DNA of 34,984 bases from positions 1 through 34,984 of the IMG/VR virus record IMGVR_UViG_3300011334_000232, one strand, 5' to 3'. Position 1 is the first letter of the stretch; each line of letters begins with the position of its first letter. Under the pieces are notes generated by a model that saw only the letters and a program-made list of their open reading frames with translations, was not told where the DNA came from and ran no database searches. Below are positions 34,422 to 34,984 of the stretch, piece by piece. A program made the translations under genes and the position numbers. This stretch comes from a virus (taxonomy: Duplodnaviria > Caudoviricetes).

Positions 34422-34984
34422 TTAATTGACAAGTGACCTTGATTGTTCGCGCCATTTGCCGTCGTAAAATACCATTGTAACGCCGAAATACTGTCCTGCG
34501 CTATTGCCGATTGTAGCTGATCCGCCCGCGAACTGAGCAGTTGTGCTGTCAACAAACTGAACGCCCCAAGTGTTGCCGCAAAGCTGTATCATCTGTCCTT
34601 CCATGAAAGCAACGCCATCGCTGTTCACAAGTGGAAGAATAGTGCCTGTGCGTAATGCGCCGGAGCCAGTGAAAAAGTGCGTGTCATACGAAGGGCCATA
34701 TAGCGTAACGGTTGTGCCGTTAGACGCCACGGACTGAGCGAGATAACCAACATTGCCCTTTTTGCCGTCTGAACCAACGATAGATGAACCAGCCTCGACA
34801 TAAACGCTGCCGCCGTCAACAACTGAAAGTGGACTGGTTGTGGTGTTCTGTGTTGCGGGGGAAATAAACGAGTTGGAACTTCCGCGAACGTGAACATCGC
34901 CGCCCAAGGCAATAATCGAATTGCTCCAATCAACATCGTTCAAATTTATAGTTGTCCCAACCGCGTCCACCGCGCCTGTGATGT
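34422..34984 (-). CDS. C-terminal part of a tailspike/tail fibre-like protein, truncated at window edge
   Basis: Frame is open to the window end; G/S/T/V-rich; ends '...FYDGKWREQSRSLVN'. Confidence 0.65.
   Translation of the reverse strand, partial: ITGAVDAVGTTINLNDVDWSNSIIALGGDVHVRGSSNSFISPATQNTTTSPLSVVDGGSVYVEAGSSIVGSDGKKGNVGYLAQSVASNGTTVTLYGPSYDTHFFTGSGALRTGTILPLVNSDGVAFMEGQMIQLCGNTWGVQFVDSTTAQFAGGSATIGNSAGQYFGVTMVFYDGKWREQSRSLVN

Noticed and set aside
1-34984. Stop-codon recoding, introns/inteins, tRNAs
   Set aside because: Core genes are intact and of normal length in the standard code, using TAA, TAG and TGA stops; HNH genes are intergenic; no cloverleaf noticed (tRNAscan not run).

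Overview
This window is almost a whole ~35 kb genome of a tailed dsDNA phage with a P22-like (podovirus-type) virion module. The virion genes are terminase small and large subunits, portal, scaffold, coat, gp4- and gp10-like tail proteins, three ejection proteins and beta-helix tailspikes. The replication module is APSE-type: Cas4-like nuclease, SSB-like protein, family A DNA polymerase, RepB'-type primase-helicase, VRR-NUC and SNF2 helicase. There is also an M15 peptidase lysis cassette, two free-standing HNH endonucleases and a + strand cluster of about 19 small early genes. No integrase, CI-type repressor, tRNA or CRISPR array was recognised. The most interesting signals are non-coding. (1) A ~65-nt two-hairpin RNA candidate at 13572-13637 (-) has its own promoter and terminator; its loops are complementary to the translation-start regions of three replication genes and several early genes. 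(2) A 15-bp palindrome is shared by duplicated early promoters and the divergent replication promoters. (3) A likely origin has many octamer iterons, an AT-rich core and a perfect DnaA box. (4) Two late promoters have mutually complementary -35 and -10 regions. All protein calls come from motif recognition and synteny, not from database searches.
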